Notes: generated by a model not told the origin, from the letters alone. A stretch of DNA of 64,000 nt from Amoebophrya sp. A120 (GCA_905178155.1 CAJINV010000004.1:4009555-4073554); one strand, 5' to 3'. Shown: positions 26,426 through 39,555, counted from the first letter of the stretch. Numbers and translations are program-made.

Positions 26426-27311
26426 GCAGCAGCTCGAAGTGGTCATAGTGTCAAAAGCAGAAGAACGTGTGCCGTCGCCCGACGTTGAACTTACTACCAG
26501 CTGCGGCGAAACCTGGATCGTGAAGCTTGAGCTGCAAAAGAAAGAATGTATAGGCAGTCCTCATGTCTTCATCTGAGCCCGCGTTGGCGCTGGTACGCCT
26601 CAAAAAGGTACTAACGGTAAGTACTGGCAGCACTGAGGTTCCGTGGTGTTGTTCCTCCTCCTCTTCCGTGTTTTGATCTCGTTTTTTTTTTCTCCTGGTC
26701 CAGCGAGTGGCTGTCTGTAACAGGGAAAGTAAAAACACTGTTGTGGTTGCAAAGCAGATGAAGGAACTAACTCGAAGCCAGAACTTTCAAAACGAATCAG
26801 ATCCAGTGCAACTGGAGTGCCCCCCGCCTTTGTAAAGATTCAGGAATCGGTCAGTCTCAACAACAAGTCCGCACGGTGGGGCATGATTAAATCATATTTA
26901 AAGCCAATAGTAATGCCGATTCACCGAAAACTGTGTCCTCATTTGAAGTTGGATCATGACTTCAACAAAGAGCTGAACGAACGGTATCATTGTGCCGGTA
27001 AGATGAGCATACTAATACCAGGATAGAAAAAACAAAAAGAACAGACTTTCTGTACTTTGATCTGGCTGCATCGAGAGGCCCTGCTGGTTCGTGATTCTTT
27101 TTTTTCTATTTCGCGGTTGATGTTGAGCTCATTTTTGAATAGAAGAGGACGATATCGATAGAAGGTACGGAAGTGAGCATCTACATTAACATTAAACATG
27201 TGAAAAGAGTACTACTCGTTCGCAATTTTTCGACCCGTGCCCGTTTTCCAAATTAAAAATACAGAGAGGCAAAAAGAACCATAGCCCGTCCGGGACTGAT
27301 AAATCATCAAG

Positions 27312-30300
27312 ATGGCTCCATTCAGTATCAACTCGAGGAAGCTCCTCTGGTGGTGGTTTTCTTTCGGCCCCGCGGTTTTTCTCTACAACTTCGATCCGCA
27401 GCTGACCTTTTTCGCCACCGTTTGCGCGGCCAATGTGCAGTGTCACTGCGACCACCACGCTTCTGCCTGCACGTGCGGGTCGGAGGAGCTGCGCAGGACA
27501 CCCAGTGGGTATTTGGTGCCAGTAGAAATTTTGGTAGGTGGAAAAGCTGCGGGTGTAACAAATGGAAATGCTGTGCAGCTGAACCCGTCAGGGGACCACA
27601 GTGCAACTACCGTTCTTGTTCCCGCCCTGGCGACGGCGATTTTTTCATCAAACAACAAGAATGATTACGGCGCGCAGCTGCTAGCGGCACCATCGAGTAC
27701 AACTTCAAGCTCGCAAACAACCACTTCTGCGACTGTAGCTACAACACCTGTGAAGAAAACAAGTCTACCCTCGTCACCACCGCCACAAGAACCATCTTCA
27801 CCGCCTGCGCCACCGCCGCCCGCGGCGGCGCCGACGCCAAGCCCACCAAGCTACGGGCCGCCTCCTTTCGTCGCCAATTTTCTAAAAAAATTCGGAATTC
27901 CCTTCGGCAAGCCAAGTGGTGGTGGTGGTGATCCCGCTGGTGAGGCGAAAGCTGAAGCTGCCGGAAACGCCAAGAACTCGGAAAAATCTTCCGTATCGTC
28001 TGCGAGCAGTGGCTTTGCCGGGATGATTCCGGGCGGGGGCGGCGGACCGCCGGCGTTTATTGCGGACAAACTGAAGGCCTTCGGCATTCCGGTGGGAAAA
28101 CCGGATGGAAAACAGGCTAGCAGCCCCGGGTCGCCTGCTTCAGGGATACCGTCTTTTGAGTCCAGTTTCGCAGGAGGACCCCCCTCTTCGCCGGGCGGTG
28201 GTGCGTCGGGCGGTGGCCCGCCGCCTTTCATCGCGGACAAGCTGAAGCAGTTTGGTATTCCAGTCGGCAAGCCGGACGGCAAACAACTACAACCGGGTGG
28301 AATCGAAGATGATAAAAAGACCGCCGGTGCAGCAGCATCTTCGCCCTTTGCCGCCGCTGGCGGCGGAGCAGGAGGTCCCCCACCGTTCGTGGCAGATAAG
28401 TTGAAGCAGTTCGGTATTCCGGTGGGAAAGCCTGAAGGGAAACCTGCTGGGGATGAAGCTGCAACTACTCCTTGTCCTGCTGGGGCACCTTCTTCAACAT
28501 CAGAAGATGCGCATGCAACTCCTTCTAGCACCAGCAGTGGCCCCCCGCCATTCGTCGCAGACAAACTGAAGCAGTTTGGAGTTCCGTTGGGGAAGGATGA
28601 TAAATCTGAGAACAAGAAACTTGCAACTCCAGCAGGGGCGGGTACGTCAACACTACCGGAACAGCCCAAGGCGAAAGCACAAGCAGCACCACCAGCAGCT
28701 TCGCATGAAGGAAATTCTGCTTCACCCGCGGTTGGTGCTCCAGCGCCGAAGGAAAATCCGACGAAGAAAGCAGCTTCCCATTCTGCTGGTGCACCAGGAC
28801 CACCAGCTACAGCCGCTGCAAGCGCCAGCAGTCCGAAGCCCATCGTGCAGGCCGGCACGGTTGTACCCTTGCAGCGCATCCTTGTTGAGAAAAAAGCACA
28901 GCGAAAGAGTGCTACAGATTTGTTGTTCAATCCCGCCACGACTACGGCAACTACGCCACAGTTCCGCCTGCTCAATCTGGCCACGCTGCTCGCCCAAGAC
29001 TTCCGGCCGATGGAGCTGCTGCAAAATGTCGCGTATCCTGCGCAAAACAAGTATCGTATAGTAGTACTTCAACATCTAGTAGAATAAATCACTATTTCCT
29101 CTTCAGCATGAGAAATGCAATTCAGTTGTGTATATGGTATGAGCAGTGCGATACAACTTTTGCGAATGCATATCGCGGACGCGCAGTACATCGGCACGAT
29201 CGAGGTGGGAACGCCCAGCGAAAAGGTGAATGTCGTATTTGACACGGGGAGCAGCGATTTCTGGCTGCAGCTGGACAAGAAGTCCTCGACGCTGCAGCAA
29301 ATCGCGACGACGCTATGAACTGTAAAAGTATCGTACTAGTACAACAAATCACATGGCAAATTTCCTGAGCAAGACAAATAAAATTTGTAATGCGGATTTA
29401 ACTTGTAGTGCATGAATGCGATTAGTACGAGTACGATACTTTTGCACAGGATAGACGCCGACCGTGATCAACTACGGCAAGGGGAGCGTGATGGGTTACG
29501 AGTCCAAGGATCGCATTCGCATCGCGGGCGTGGTAATCCCGGACCAGGAATTTGTAGTGGTCGACCAAACGCAAGATTTGAACAACGCCCTCTTTCATGG
29601 CGTGATCGGCCTGGCGTTCGAGGGCTTGTCGGTCAACAAACAGCCGGAGCAGACATTCCTGGCACACATGCTTCGCGGTGGGGTGGACGGGTATGTAGTA
29701 GGGACGGGTTGTTGATGCTTTTCTGTACATGATTTTTACGATATTTGTACTGCAAGAGCAAAAGGAGGGAAAGTCCACGACTCTACGCTGAATTTGCAAT
29801 ATGACCCGCCAGTTTAGCTACTTTAAGAGCGTCAGACCGTTGCTCGTCACGTTTTGCGACGAATGCGGCGAAAAAGCTAGCGGTAAGAAATAACCCGACC
29901 AATGAAGAAGATTTTTACATCGATTAAACAGTTTCTGTGTGTACCTGACGGGGGAATACAGCGGTGAGGATTCCAAGGTCGCCTTTGGTACGACGATCCC
30001 CGACTCGTGGCCTTACGACCGGAGCAGCCTGGCCTTCGTATGGCGTTCTCAACTGTTACATTCCCAACTGTTGCATGAATCTGTGATGCAAGAAGGGCAA
30101 AACTGAAAGCAAAGGGGGAAGATTGCGCCTTTTGCATGACAGATTTGATGGCACAGATTCAGAGCCTGTTTGGGCCTTGCAGAATTTGTCATGCGCAGCG
30201 GCTTGAAGATCGCGTCGAATCTGATTGGAGTTTTGCATGACAAATCATGTAGTAACAGCTGAGGATGTAACGTTTGAGAGCGCCATACTTCGCCCCCGTA

Positions 30301-32212
30301 GCCTACGACGCGAAGCTGTGGTGGGCGTTTCCCGGCAGCCTGGCCGTCGGCGGGGCGACCTTTGAATCCAACTTTGTGCTGGACACGGGCACCAGCTTTA
30401 TCGCCATGCCGCGGTCGCTATCAATTGCAAATATGTCTGGGTCTGGAGATTTGTGATGCTAAAATAAATGTGCATGATGAAAAAAAATCCTCATGCAGGA
30501 AAGCATGACAAGTTGTCTGCACAACGCTTTATCATACGAACTCCGCACGAGAAGCTGCGTTTTTGTATGACGTGACAGGCTGCCGCTTATTTTGTTGGTC
30601 ATGCAATACAGATTTCACAGGAATGCAAGACCAGCATTACAAGTTCCAACTTTCCAGACCCAGACATATTTGCAATTGATAGTCGCTGTTCGTGGTGTTT
30701 CTCATGGGGTTGCTAGGTCCCGCCGCGTTTTCAGATTGCGCCTTGGCGCTGCCGCAGCAGCTCTGGATGTGCCCCTGTCAAACCGCGGCGACAGCGTATT
30801 AGCAATAATATCAGTTTGATGTTCGACTTCGATAGAGCTTTTTGCCAACCCGAACGCAGCAGCTTCAGCTTCTACAGCTGCACCTGAAATAGGAGCACCT
30901 TATTCCACCTTAACAATTTCTCTTTCGCAGACCACCGTTAGCAGAAGGCAGCGAGTGGAAAGCGGAGACACAACATGATCAAGATGAACTTCAACTCTTC
31001 AACAAACCTAAAAAACAAAACAGCAACACCGTGACCGTAGAGATGAACGGGCAATCGTATCCGATCAGTCCGGCGGAGCTCTTCCAGCCGACCGGACTCC
31101 CCTCGCCGGAGAGCAGCCGGGCCACGGGGGAAGCCGACACCCTGTGCCTGCTCGAGGTCATATCAAATGTAAAAGTGTCTGGGTCTGGAAGAATGCAACT
31201 TGTCATGCTAAATCTAAAGCATGCAAAAATCTGTGCTGCATGATTACCAAAAGTCGTCCAGTTTTGACCAAGTCGGGAGGGAGTTTCTCATGCAGGATAG
31301 GCATGAGAGAGATCGCGCAGAATCTGTCATGCTAGGTCCTGCATTCCAGACCTCATGGGTCATGGAAAAGCTGCGTGACAAATCGCGCACTCTTCCAGAC
31401 CCAGGCACTTTTGCATTTGATAGGTCATGCCGACAAACGAGAACATGCCGTTTCTCTTGGGGGACACCTTCCTCCGTCGCGTCGTCGCGGTGTTTGACGC
31501 AAAGAATCAAAGAGTAATTTTTTATGTATGATACTAGAGTTGTACGCCTTACCTTTTTCTCTTTCTGTATGATTAATCTTTGAAGTTGTGGATGTTCTTG
31601 TAACAGCAACTCTAGCTCTAGTTTTAGCTGCTGCTGTTCTCTTGGACGATTCTCCTCGACCGAAGATCACATAACGACTATGAAATTTGTCAGGTCGGCC
31701 TGGCTCGCCGCGCTTCGAGCAAAAAGGCTCCTGCCGATTCGGCTGCTGTTGAGACGGGAGAAGCTTTCAAAACGACCCGTGAAACTACGACAAGCGAAAC
31801 AAGAACCAATGAAATCGAAGCGGGTCCTGCGGGCTCGTCAAAAACACAACTTAGGTTGATTCAAGATGACCACGACAGCACTCCATCTGTGGAGGTCGTC
31901 GTGACAGGAACGGACAGGAGGCAGATAAAAGCCGCTAGTAGTGGTGCCTCCTCTTCTTCAGATTCAAGAATAGTAACCGCGACACGACAACAACACGGGC
32001 AACCCGTGGCACAACAAAGAAGTGCTCAGCACGTTCAACTGTTTTCGTTCACCGTGACAGCGTTTGCCTGTATGGCCATGCTGCTGTCCGTTTTGCTTTT
32101 GTTACGGGCTGGCAGACACGAAGACGACGATATCGCGCACAACTACTTCTTCGGGAACAACGCAAGAGGAGATGGCGGCGTGGAGCGACCCTACGTGCAA
32201 ATGCAAGACTAG
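27312..32212 (+). CDS. Pepsin-family (A1) aspartic protease with long repeat-containing N-terminal extension and C-terminal TM helix, 9 exons
   Basis: QYIGTIEVGTP, VVFDTGSS, INYGKG, GVIGLAF, VLDTGTS, FLLGDTFLR, VFDAKNQR|VGLA. Five introners plus GT-AG introns 29691-29931, ~30797-31023, 31514-31693. Confidence 0.9.
27855..28595 (+). repeat. Five dispersed coding repeats GPPPF(V/I)ADKLKQFGIPVGKP(DGK)
   Basis: Copies visible in the 27312 ORF at about 27855, 28043, 28214, 28374 and 28539, separated by S/A/G/P-rich linkers. Confidence 0.9.
29034..29172. mobile_element. Introner family A (diverged)
   Basis: Direct repeat tcgcg/tcgcg; removal restores NVA|DAQYIG. Confidence 0.88.
29314..29453. mobile_element. 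Introner family A
   Basis: Family A TIRs; direct repeat gacgc/gacgc. Confidence 0.9.
30039..30287. mobile_element. Introner family F
   Basis: TIR tatggcg(t/c)tctcaa..gttacat; direct repeat cttcg/cttcg. Confidence 0.88.
30419..30681. mobile_element. Introner family B
   Basis: Perfect TIR tatcaattgcaaatatgtctgggtctgga; direct repeat gtcgc/gtcgc. Confidence 0.92.
31161..31422. mobile_element. Introner family B; close copy of 10720-10981
   Basis: Same 262-bp length and near-identical interior; direct repeat ggtca/ggtca; readable as GT-AG. Confidence 0.93.
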
Positions 32213-32989
32213 GTCGAGAACGTGTTGGAGGATGAGCACCAACCGGATTTCTGCTCCTTTGGACAAAATTTTCGAAGTGATATGCTAAATTTTGCAACAA
32301 CTTCGCTAAGAATTACGATAGCAAGAATCGCCGCGCAAAAGCAGCGATGAGACATGGGTCAGCTAATGACTAGCATGTACTAGCGTCATCTCGTTCTTCG
32401 TCATAAATAAAATATATCAAGCACACACTAATAAATATTGTAAAACGATGCTGAAGCAGCTAACGCCTCCGTCCATATCGGGTTGGCAGTATGCCGGAAA
32501 GCCCTCCGGTTTTGCCTGCAGAGTCTGTGTTGTTTTGTTCGTCAAGATTCGTGGTAGTCGTATTTTGTCATACAACGTCGCAGAAAATTTTCCGTCCGGA
32601 CAATTCTGATTCTAGGATCATCATCATTGATGTTTCGGGTCGTTATAGCCACAAGCTCGTGGTCGTGAACGCTTGTATAAAACTCAAAACAAGTAGACCA
32701 AGGACGTGAGTCCGGATTCGCTTCGCTTATTTCGTACAATTCGCGTCATCTCATCCTGTTTCTCGTTTGCAAGTAGGGACAACAAGGATGATTCGACAGA
32801 TGGCCTATCCCTTTGCTTGAACAAGTAAAGGCAAAGGGCAAGTTCAACGAAATTGTGAATTCAATGCCAACATCATAGCAAAGAAAAGTCCGCTCTTAGA
32901 TTTTTACAACGTACAACAAACTCTGTGTGTCCTTCTGATTGCACTTTGTTTTTTTCTACAGCATCGATTGTGAAAGAAAAAACGCAAAA

Positions 32990-34466
32990 ATGGTGTTCTG
33001 GATGGAACAGTGTTTCACCGACACCCAGGATGACAGCAAGCTGGGGCAGGTTGGCTGTTGCCATTGCGACCGCTCGCGGGAACCAGGGTGCTGCTTGCGG
33101 TTTTGGTCCGGTTTCTTCAGCTCTCCTTGCGGAGCGGGAATGTGTCTGACGGGGAACTACGACGGTCCCGGGTCGCGTACGAGAGTGGTGCACAACTCAA
33201 ACTCTCCCTCCTTGTCGCTTTTCATAGCCTCTATCATGGAATAAACAAAAAGAACAGCAACGCTGCACGTTCCCTGGCATGAGAAATCTTAATCTGATCT
33301 ACACGTACATGTAGAGTGTCTTTGTGTCTGGTCTCCCGACTAATAGTTTCATGCTCACTGTGCCGAACGAGAACCGCAATGACAAATGAGGGGGACCGAC
33401 GAGGGGAAGTTGTGCGATCTCATATTGCGGGCCTTCAAGTTGCAATTGTGCCTGTTCTTCTTGGTGCTTCTGCCGGAGCTCCTCTATCGCAGTTTGCACC
33501 TCGTTATACTCCTCTGCAACCCGCTCCCGCCCCAAGCGAAGGTATGAGACGAGGACGGGGAGAACTAAGAACTTGAAAATATAATTCTGCTGTAGTTCTG
33601 TTGATGCTGCAAAAACTTGGAACTTCAACTTTTGGTATTGTCTACTCACTTAAATAGAATGAAGACACTTCGGTATTTTATTCAGGTCTCCTACATCGCG
33701 TTCGATGAGCAGGTCAAGTACGAGTTTTCGCACTCCTACTCCGACGACGTTTTGCCCCTTATCATTGTGCACGTGGTACTAAGTGCAAATATGTGTGGGT
33801 CTGGAAGATTGTTAGACTTCTGATGCATAATATCTGACATGTAGATGTACGTGACAGACCGGAGACTCTGCGATGGTGCGTGAGCACGAAAGGGTCCTCT
33901 TTTGTGTTATGCAAAAACGCAGCGGCGCGGGCGCGGCCAGCGCGTCATGCTCATGATGCGGAGTACGCAACAAGCCATTCTAGCAGCCCAAAAATTATTT
34001 ATTATTTGTCATGCTTGGCCTTGGCTGCGTATGCGTAAGCGTATTGCAGTGCGCATATCACTGACATTGTCATTCACTTTTAGCATTACAAGGCCCCAAG
34101 TGTAACGTTACAGCGCGAATAGAAAGACAAAGAAGCGAAAAGCGACAAGCTTAACCTTTTACGTGTGGAGCGTGTTCACCTCTTGTATAATTACAACTTT
34201 CTAGTCCCAGACACATTTGCGATAGATATGTGGTCGTGGACATTTTGACGTTTGTTGCCTGGATCACCTCTGTGGTCCACCTCCTCATGTGGGTATCCAC
34301 AAAAAAAGACCCATCCCCATCGAATTTGTGATGCAAAACATGCATCAAGTCCAGTGCTTTTCATGCAGAAAATGGATGGGGATGGGTTTTTTTCTGCGGA
34401 TATTGGGAACCGAAGACCTACATGAGCAGAAACTCCGCCGTTGTGGGGCCGCCCACGACAGTGTAA
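32990..34466 (+). CDS. Cys-rich membrane protein, paralog 1; middle exons unresolved, possibly degenerate
   Basis: N-terminus MVFWMEQCFTDTQDDSKLGQVGCC and spliced C-terminus ...MW|EPKTYMSRNSAVVGPPTTV* match the 35583 gene. Confidence 0.6.
33777..34228. mobile_element. Long, diverged family B introner
   Basis: gcaaatatgtgtgggtctggaa...cccagacacatttgc; direct repeat cgtgg/tgtgg. Confidence 0.78.
34294..34402. mobile_element. Introner family E (109 bp)
   Basis: Same length and TIR type as 22439-22547; direct repeat gtggg/ttggg. Confidence 0.88.
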
Positions 34467-35582
34467 GGAGAAGCAGAGGACGGTCGTCGAGGAAGTCGTC
34501 GCGTTCAAGTCGCAAAACTAAAACAAGGATTTTAGTATATTGATTTTTTGGCACAGTCAGTCGTGTACACTCTATTGTATGATTTGTTTACGACGAAGAT
34601 TACGACTAGTGCCAGAATGACACTTCGAAGAACAAAACCCTAGAGAACTACAAACGTACAATGAATTTCAGTTTGGATTTGGTCATATCGACTTTGTGTC
34701 GCGATTGAAGTAGAATGATTGGCATTGGCCACAACATGACAACTTTACAAATTACCTCGTCATGTCATTACTCTTGCAGCTGCAGCACGGTAGCGCGCAC
34801 GATCGCTTGAGTTACACCTTTTGTCGATTACAGTATACAAATACATCATTTTTATTAATAGTTTGCTTTGCACCGCGTTTATTCGTTGTATAGTAAAGAT
34901 CTCGATCTGTTGGAATTACAAGAAGCACAAAATTAGATATTAGTATCACTAGTAGTTTTGTGGTACTGGCAACAATTTCACGAAAAATTGCAGTATGTCC
35001 CATATTAGCAGCTTACCACACGAGATAAAGAAAAAGCACACGACCGCAAAATCTCGCATGGAGGAAACGATCCGCTGAATTGAGTCCATTGCTGTCTCGA
35101 GAAATAAGGAAAAACGCAGCTTGATGTTGCTTTGTTGCCTATTTAGTGTGTAGTTCTGGAGCACCATGCGTCGTCTGGTCTAGCGAATCGTTCGGTGTGT
35201 TCTGGAGATGTGGAAGATGGCGCTCCTTTTATTTCTGGTGTAGATCAACTATCGTCCGCGAGCTGGTGGAGCGAGCTCGTCGAGTAGAGGGAAATAGAAA
35301 GAGAGAAGCTTGCTGTACCGGTTGTAGTGGAAGATTGCTTCGCTTACTTCGCACAACTCTTGTCCTCGTAGATCGAGTTGACAGCTAATATATGGACGGT
35401 TCAATACCACAATTTGTGGACTCATCCATCTAAGTATCTTGTTCATCTCTACAACAAGAACCTACCCCTTCGTAATCTGTGTCTAAGTACAGCTTTTGCT
35501 TTATAATTTCTAAATTCAACAACGTCAACGACCAGTTACACGACGTGGGGTAAATAGCAATCAAAATTAGCGAAAAAAATAT

Positions 35583-37075
35583 ATGGTGTTCTTCCTGGAG
35601 AAGTGTTTCAACGACACGCAGGATGACAGCAAATTGGGGCAGGTTGGTTGCTGCAACTGTGACCGGTCGCAGCCGCCGGGCGGGTGTCTGCGGTTCTGGT
35701 CCTGTTGCTGCAACGGTTGTTGCGGAACGGGTGCCTGTCTCACCGGGAACTACGATGGTGCCGGATCGCGGGCCTTCAAACTGCAACTGTCCCTGTTCCT
35801 CTCGGTTTTCCTTCTGAAAATGCTCTTTTTACCCACGCTGGACGTCATCGTCCTCGCGAAAACGAGCCGCGGAAACGGACCTCCACCTACGTCCACCGCC
35901 ACCGCCGCGCCAACGGAAGGAGCAACTAGTGGTACAGCCGCGTCAGGTACAGCAACCCAGTCGGCCTCGGCGTCCTCTAGCTCTACTAGTATGGCGGAGC
36001 TCCGGCACGGGAAGAGGATTGCGGGGGAACAAGTAGATCTTCTTCACGATTTTCAGACCGCGCAAGAAGATCCTCGCCAGGTCATCGAAATCTCCGCCGT
36101 GGGCGACAAAGGCGAAGCGGGACAAGGCTCATCTACCGCCGCTGGTACTAGAAGTAGAACTACTACTAGTACCTCCTCCGCAGCAATGGTGCAGCTCAAC
36201 CAGCAGGAGAAGTCCTCGGCAAACGTAAACATGAAGATGAAGCAGGGCGTTGAACAAATGGCGGATACACCAACAAAGGCGGCGGGAATGAAAACTGCGA
36301 AGAAAGTCGTGCAGGAGGTGGACACGACGGGCCAGGGCCAGGGGAAAATCAAGGACGCCGCGGCCGCCCAGGAGGACGGAGAGAAAGGAGCCGCGCTGCA
36401 GGGAGACGAACTAAAAGCCGAGCTGCAGGAAGTCGAAGCGGATGCAGCGGAAGCGTTCGACGAGACGAACTTCACGGGCTTGACCATTCTTGTGGTCGCG
36501 CGCACGGTCGTGTATCAAATGCAAATATGTCTGGGTCTGGAAGAAGGTAAATTTGTGACGCGAATAAATGTGATTGTAAATCTGAGTTGCATGACTGCCA
36601 CGAGTTCTTACCAGTTTTGGGTGCAAGGTGAGCGGGAGTTCTTTCTCGTGCAGAGGAGGCATGATGAAGACGTCATAGAACAATCTGTCATGCTAGGCCC
36701 TGCATTCCAGACCTCGTGGGGCTTTGAAAGCCTGCATGACGATCCTTGCACTCATCTCCCACAGGAGGACCCAGACATATTTGCAGTTGATACCGTGGAT
36801 GGGATCGCGATTCTCGTCGAGATCATGTCGCTGATCCACCTGTTCTATGAACTGCAAAAGTATCGTACTTGTATAAAAAATGCAAGTCTTGCATTACAAA
36901 GCTTGTTCCCAAGGCAAATCTGCATATACAAATTTTAATTCTCATGCTGAGGAAATAATTTGTAATGCAGTTATACGAATACGCTTGCTCTTTTGCAGTT
37001 CATATGTTCACGTGGGACGCGAAGACCTACCAGAGCAAAAACTCCGCCGTCGTGGGGCCGCCCACTACCGTGTAA
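35583..37075 (+). CDS. Cys-rich membrane protein, paralog 2, 3 exons
   Basis: MVFFLEKCFNDTQDDSKLGQVGCC...RTVV|DGIAILVEIMSLIHLF|TWDAKTYQSKNSAVVGPPTTV* after removing two introners. Confidence 0.75.
36513..36792. mobile_element. Introner family B
   Basis: Family B TIRs; direct repeat tcgtg/ccgtg. Confidence 0.88.
36846..37004. mobile_element. Introner family A
   Basis: tatgaactgcaaaag...cttttgcagttcata; direct repeat tgttc/tgttc. Confidence 0.9.
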
Positions 37076-38299
37076 GGAGTGGAAGCTCAGTGCTTCTACT
37101 CCTTATCACCCTCATCTTTCGGTACTAAGAGCAGCAAGAGCGTGAAAGATCAAGATGCTGTGTCAAGATTTTGAGCAGGTGGAGGACCTCGAACTACAGC
37201 AGCAGAATGTTATGATAAAATTAAAAATCAGCCCCTGTTCTTGAATATGTATATGCCTCTTGTACAATTTGAAGAGAATGTATAGCGAATCCCGCCCAGT
37301 CAATATGTATTAAGTTGCCGTGTACGTGAACGTGAATGAAAATCAATATTTGTTTGAGTTTCTCTGGAAGTTTGTTTCACTACAGTATGTAACTGGAGTA
37401 CGAATTTCCTGGTGCAGCTGGTGTTCCTAATACACCGGCTACATATCCTCCTATGTCGAAGCCCTCGGGTTGGGTCTACTTTCAAAGACACTGGTTTGAA
37501 CAAGAAGATGGCGTCGCCCATCGCTACTTTGGCACATGAGTGCCTGCCAATACCGAAAAAATCACCTTATGTAAAAAATGATCTGACCACAACGAACAAA
37601 AAGATGAACAGAAAAAACATAAACAACCTGAGCAATGGGCACGAGCAGGCGTCCTCTGGTGCAGCGAATCGCTCGATCTGTTCTGGAGATGTGGATGCCG
37701 CTCCTTTTATTTCTGGTGTAGATCAACTTCAACTAGTACCGTCGTCGTTCGAGAGCTGGGGAGCGAGCAGAGGGAAATAATCTTCAGCATACTTATTCGC
37801 TGAACAGAATCTGTACAACATGAGAGCGACGTCGGAGCTCTTTTTTTTTTGTGACTGCGAAAGAACTACATGGGCAACGTAGTTCTACTGCCTAGGTTTT
37901 TTGTGAGCGTGAAGACGAAGTCGTGCAACTACAAGTAAGTACACGCGACATATTTTCCCTTTTATGTGATGTAGCAGAAGTTGTGAGAATGTCGTGTAGA
38001 AGATATAAGTTTCTGCCTCACCAGTAAATGCAACACTCTACTGCCAGGAAGCCGTGGCCTTCTCCAGTAGTTAACTTCCACTCCAATCTTCAATAAATCA
38101 ATGTGGTGTTTTATTCTTGTAGGTTGTAGAACTAGAAAAATTAAATTACCTTGAATTGTGACCACGAGGCGAGTCAGAGTCGACTCCAGCTTATGATCGT
38201 GGAGTTTCTTGTTTCCGAGAAATCAAGCGTACATAAAGGATTTTTCATCTTTTTGTTTCCGCATAACATCCTGTCCTCGTCTGTTGTAGTACCACAAAG

Positions 38300-39555
38300 A
38301 TGCCGGGTCCACGCTTAGGGGAAGCGGGAGAGGAATTCATCCGTCTTCTGAGTGATCTGAACGCTCAGGATAGGTGCGGGAAAAATCTGCACCACAAGGA
38401 ACATACACCTGGATAATCTCGTTTAGCAGGAAGTTTACAGGAGTGTATTTATATGACGCGAAGAAGTTTATCAAGGAAAAGCTTGTTTTCCTTTTGCTCC
38501 ATTACGCATTGTGGTGCAGTTTTTTCTTTTTCCCAGCATAACCATCATGGCATTTGATTTCTCGCACCCCGAGACCGAAGCGCCCGAAAAAGAGGCCTGG
38601 CTGCCGGTATGCATCTTTTTTTACAGACAGAACTGGAACTCCCCAGCAGGTAAAGAAGTTGAAATCACAAAACTTGAACTTCAATCTTGAAACTCGCCAC
38701 TATGATTTGACTTTCAGGCTCTTCTAGACAAGTTTATGGAGTGCTGTCACAGCGACATAGACCCTGCGACAGGACGTTTTGCAGAAAAGTACGACGATGC
38801 TATTCGAGAAACCTGGCGCAAGTACGTCGACGGAAGTACGAAAGTGAGGAGCGCAGCAGACGTCCCCGCAGCAACATAAACATTGGTGCTACATCTTCAG
38901 CATCGGGATTGCATATAAAAACTCGTATTCTGGTGAGTAGAGTGAGGAGTATGTACGTAAGTTTGTTTGCCGTTGTTCGCTTGCTGCAGGAGCCCCAGGC
39001 AGTGCCAGCACATGAAAAAGCTGCGCTGTATCCTGTTAGAGGGTCTACCTATTAGGTAGTAGGCAAATTCTTCGTGGAATAAAAGCTAGCTCGCGTTCAG
39101 AATTCTGTGTCACTGACAGAAGGGACTCCTATTTTCACCAGAATAGCAATTTCGGGAGACCAGATTGACCTCACGAAAGCGGCCATGGAATACTACAGAG
39201 TACTGAGGTTGCTGTATTACTATTGGTTCATTCTTGACGCGTGACTGTGATAGAAGATGTGTTGATCCGTGCATGGAAGTAGATCGTCAAAAGAACAACA
39301 CCAGAAGAGAGTCACCTCCGCGCTGCAACATCTTCATACATTCATTTACGACCACAACAGGCTATTTGCGAAAACATCAACGACGGGGGCGAGGAGCTTG
39401 CCGAGGACGAGGCGGTCAAGAGCGCGGACGGCTGTGTGGACGTCTTAAAAGCGGCTTGTCTCGAGAACAGAGAGGATAGGGACGCCGCGAAGGCTGCACT
39501 GAAACCTAAGCTTGAAGCGAGTGGCTTCGTGTTTAAACCAGAAGAGCGGATGTAG
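38300..39555 (+). CDS. Hypothetical protein with many short exons (missed by the ORF track)
   Basis: Short open segments bounded by yAG and GT: MPGPRLGEAGEEFIRLL.., ALLDKFMECCHSDIDP.., NSVSLTEGTPIFTRIAI.., and last exon 39361-39555 AICENIND...KPEERM*. Confidence 0.5.

Noticed and set aside
27851-29050. 399-aa minus-strand ORF and similar antisense ORFs
   Set aside because: Shadow frames of GC-rich + strand coding sequence.
31144-31517. Apparent paralogous ORFs (MQKSVLHDYQK.../MQKYALHDYQK...) and recurring peptides AKMSGSGR, PDPDIFAFD, CKNVWVWK, AKVSYS
   Set aside because: These are translations of introner sequence, not proteins.
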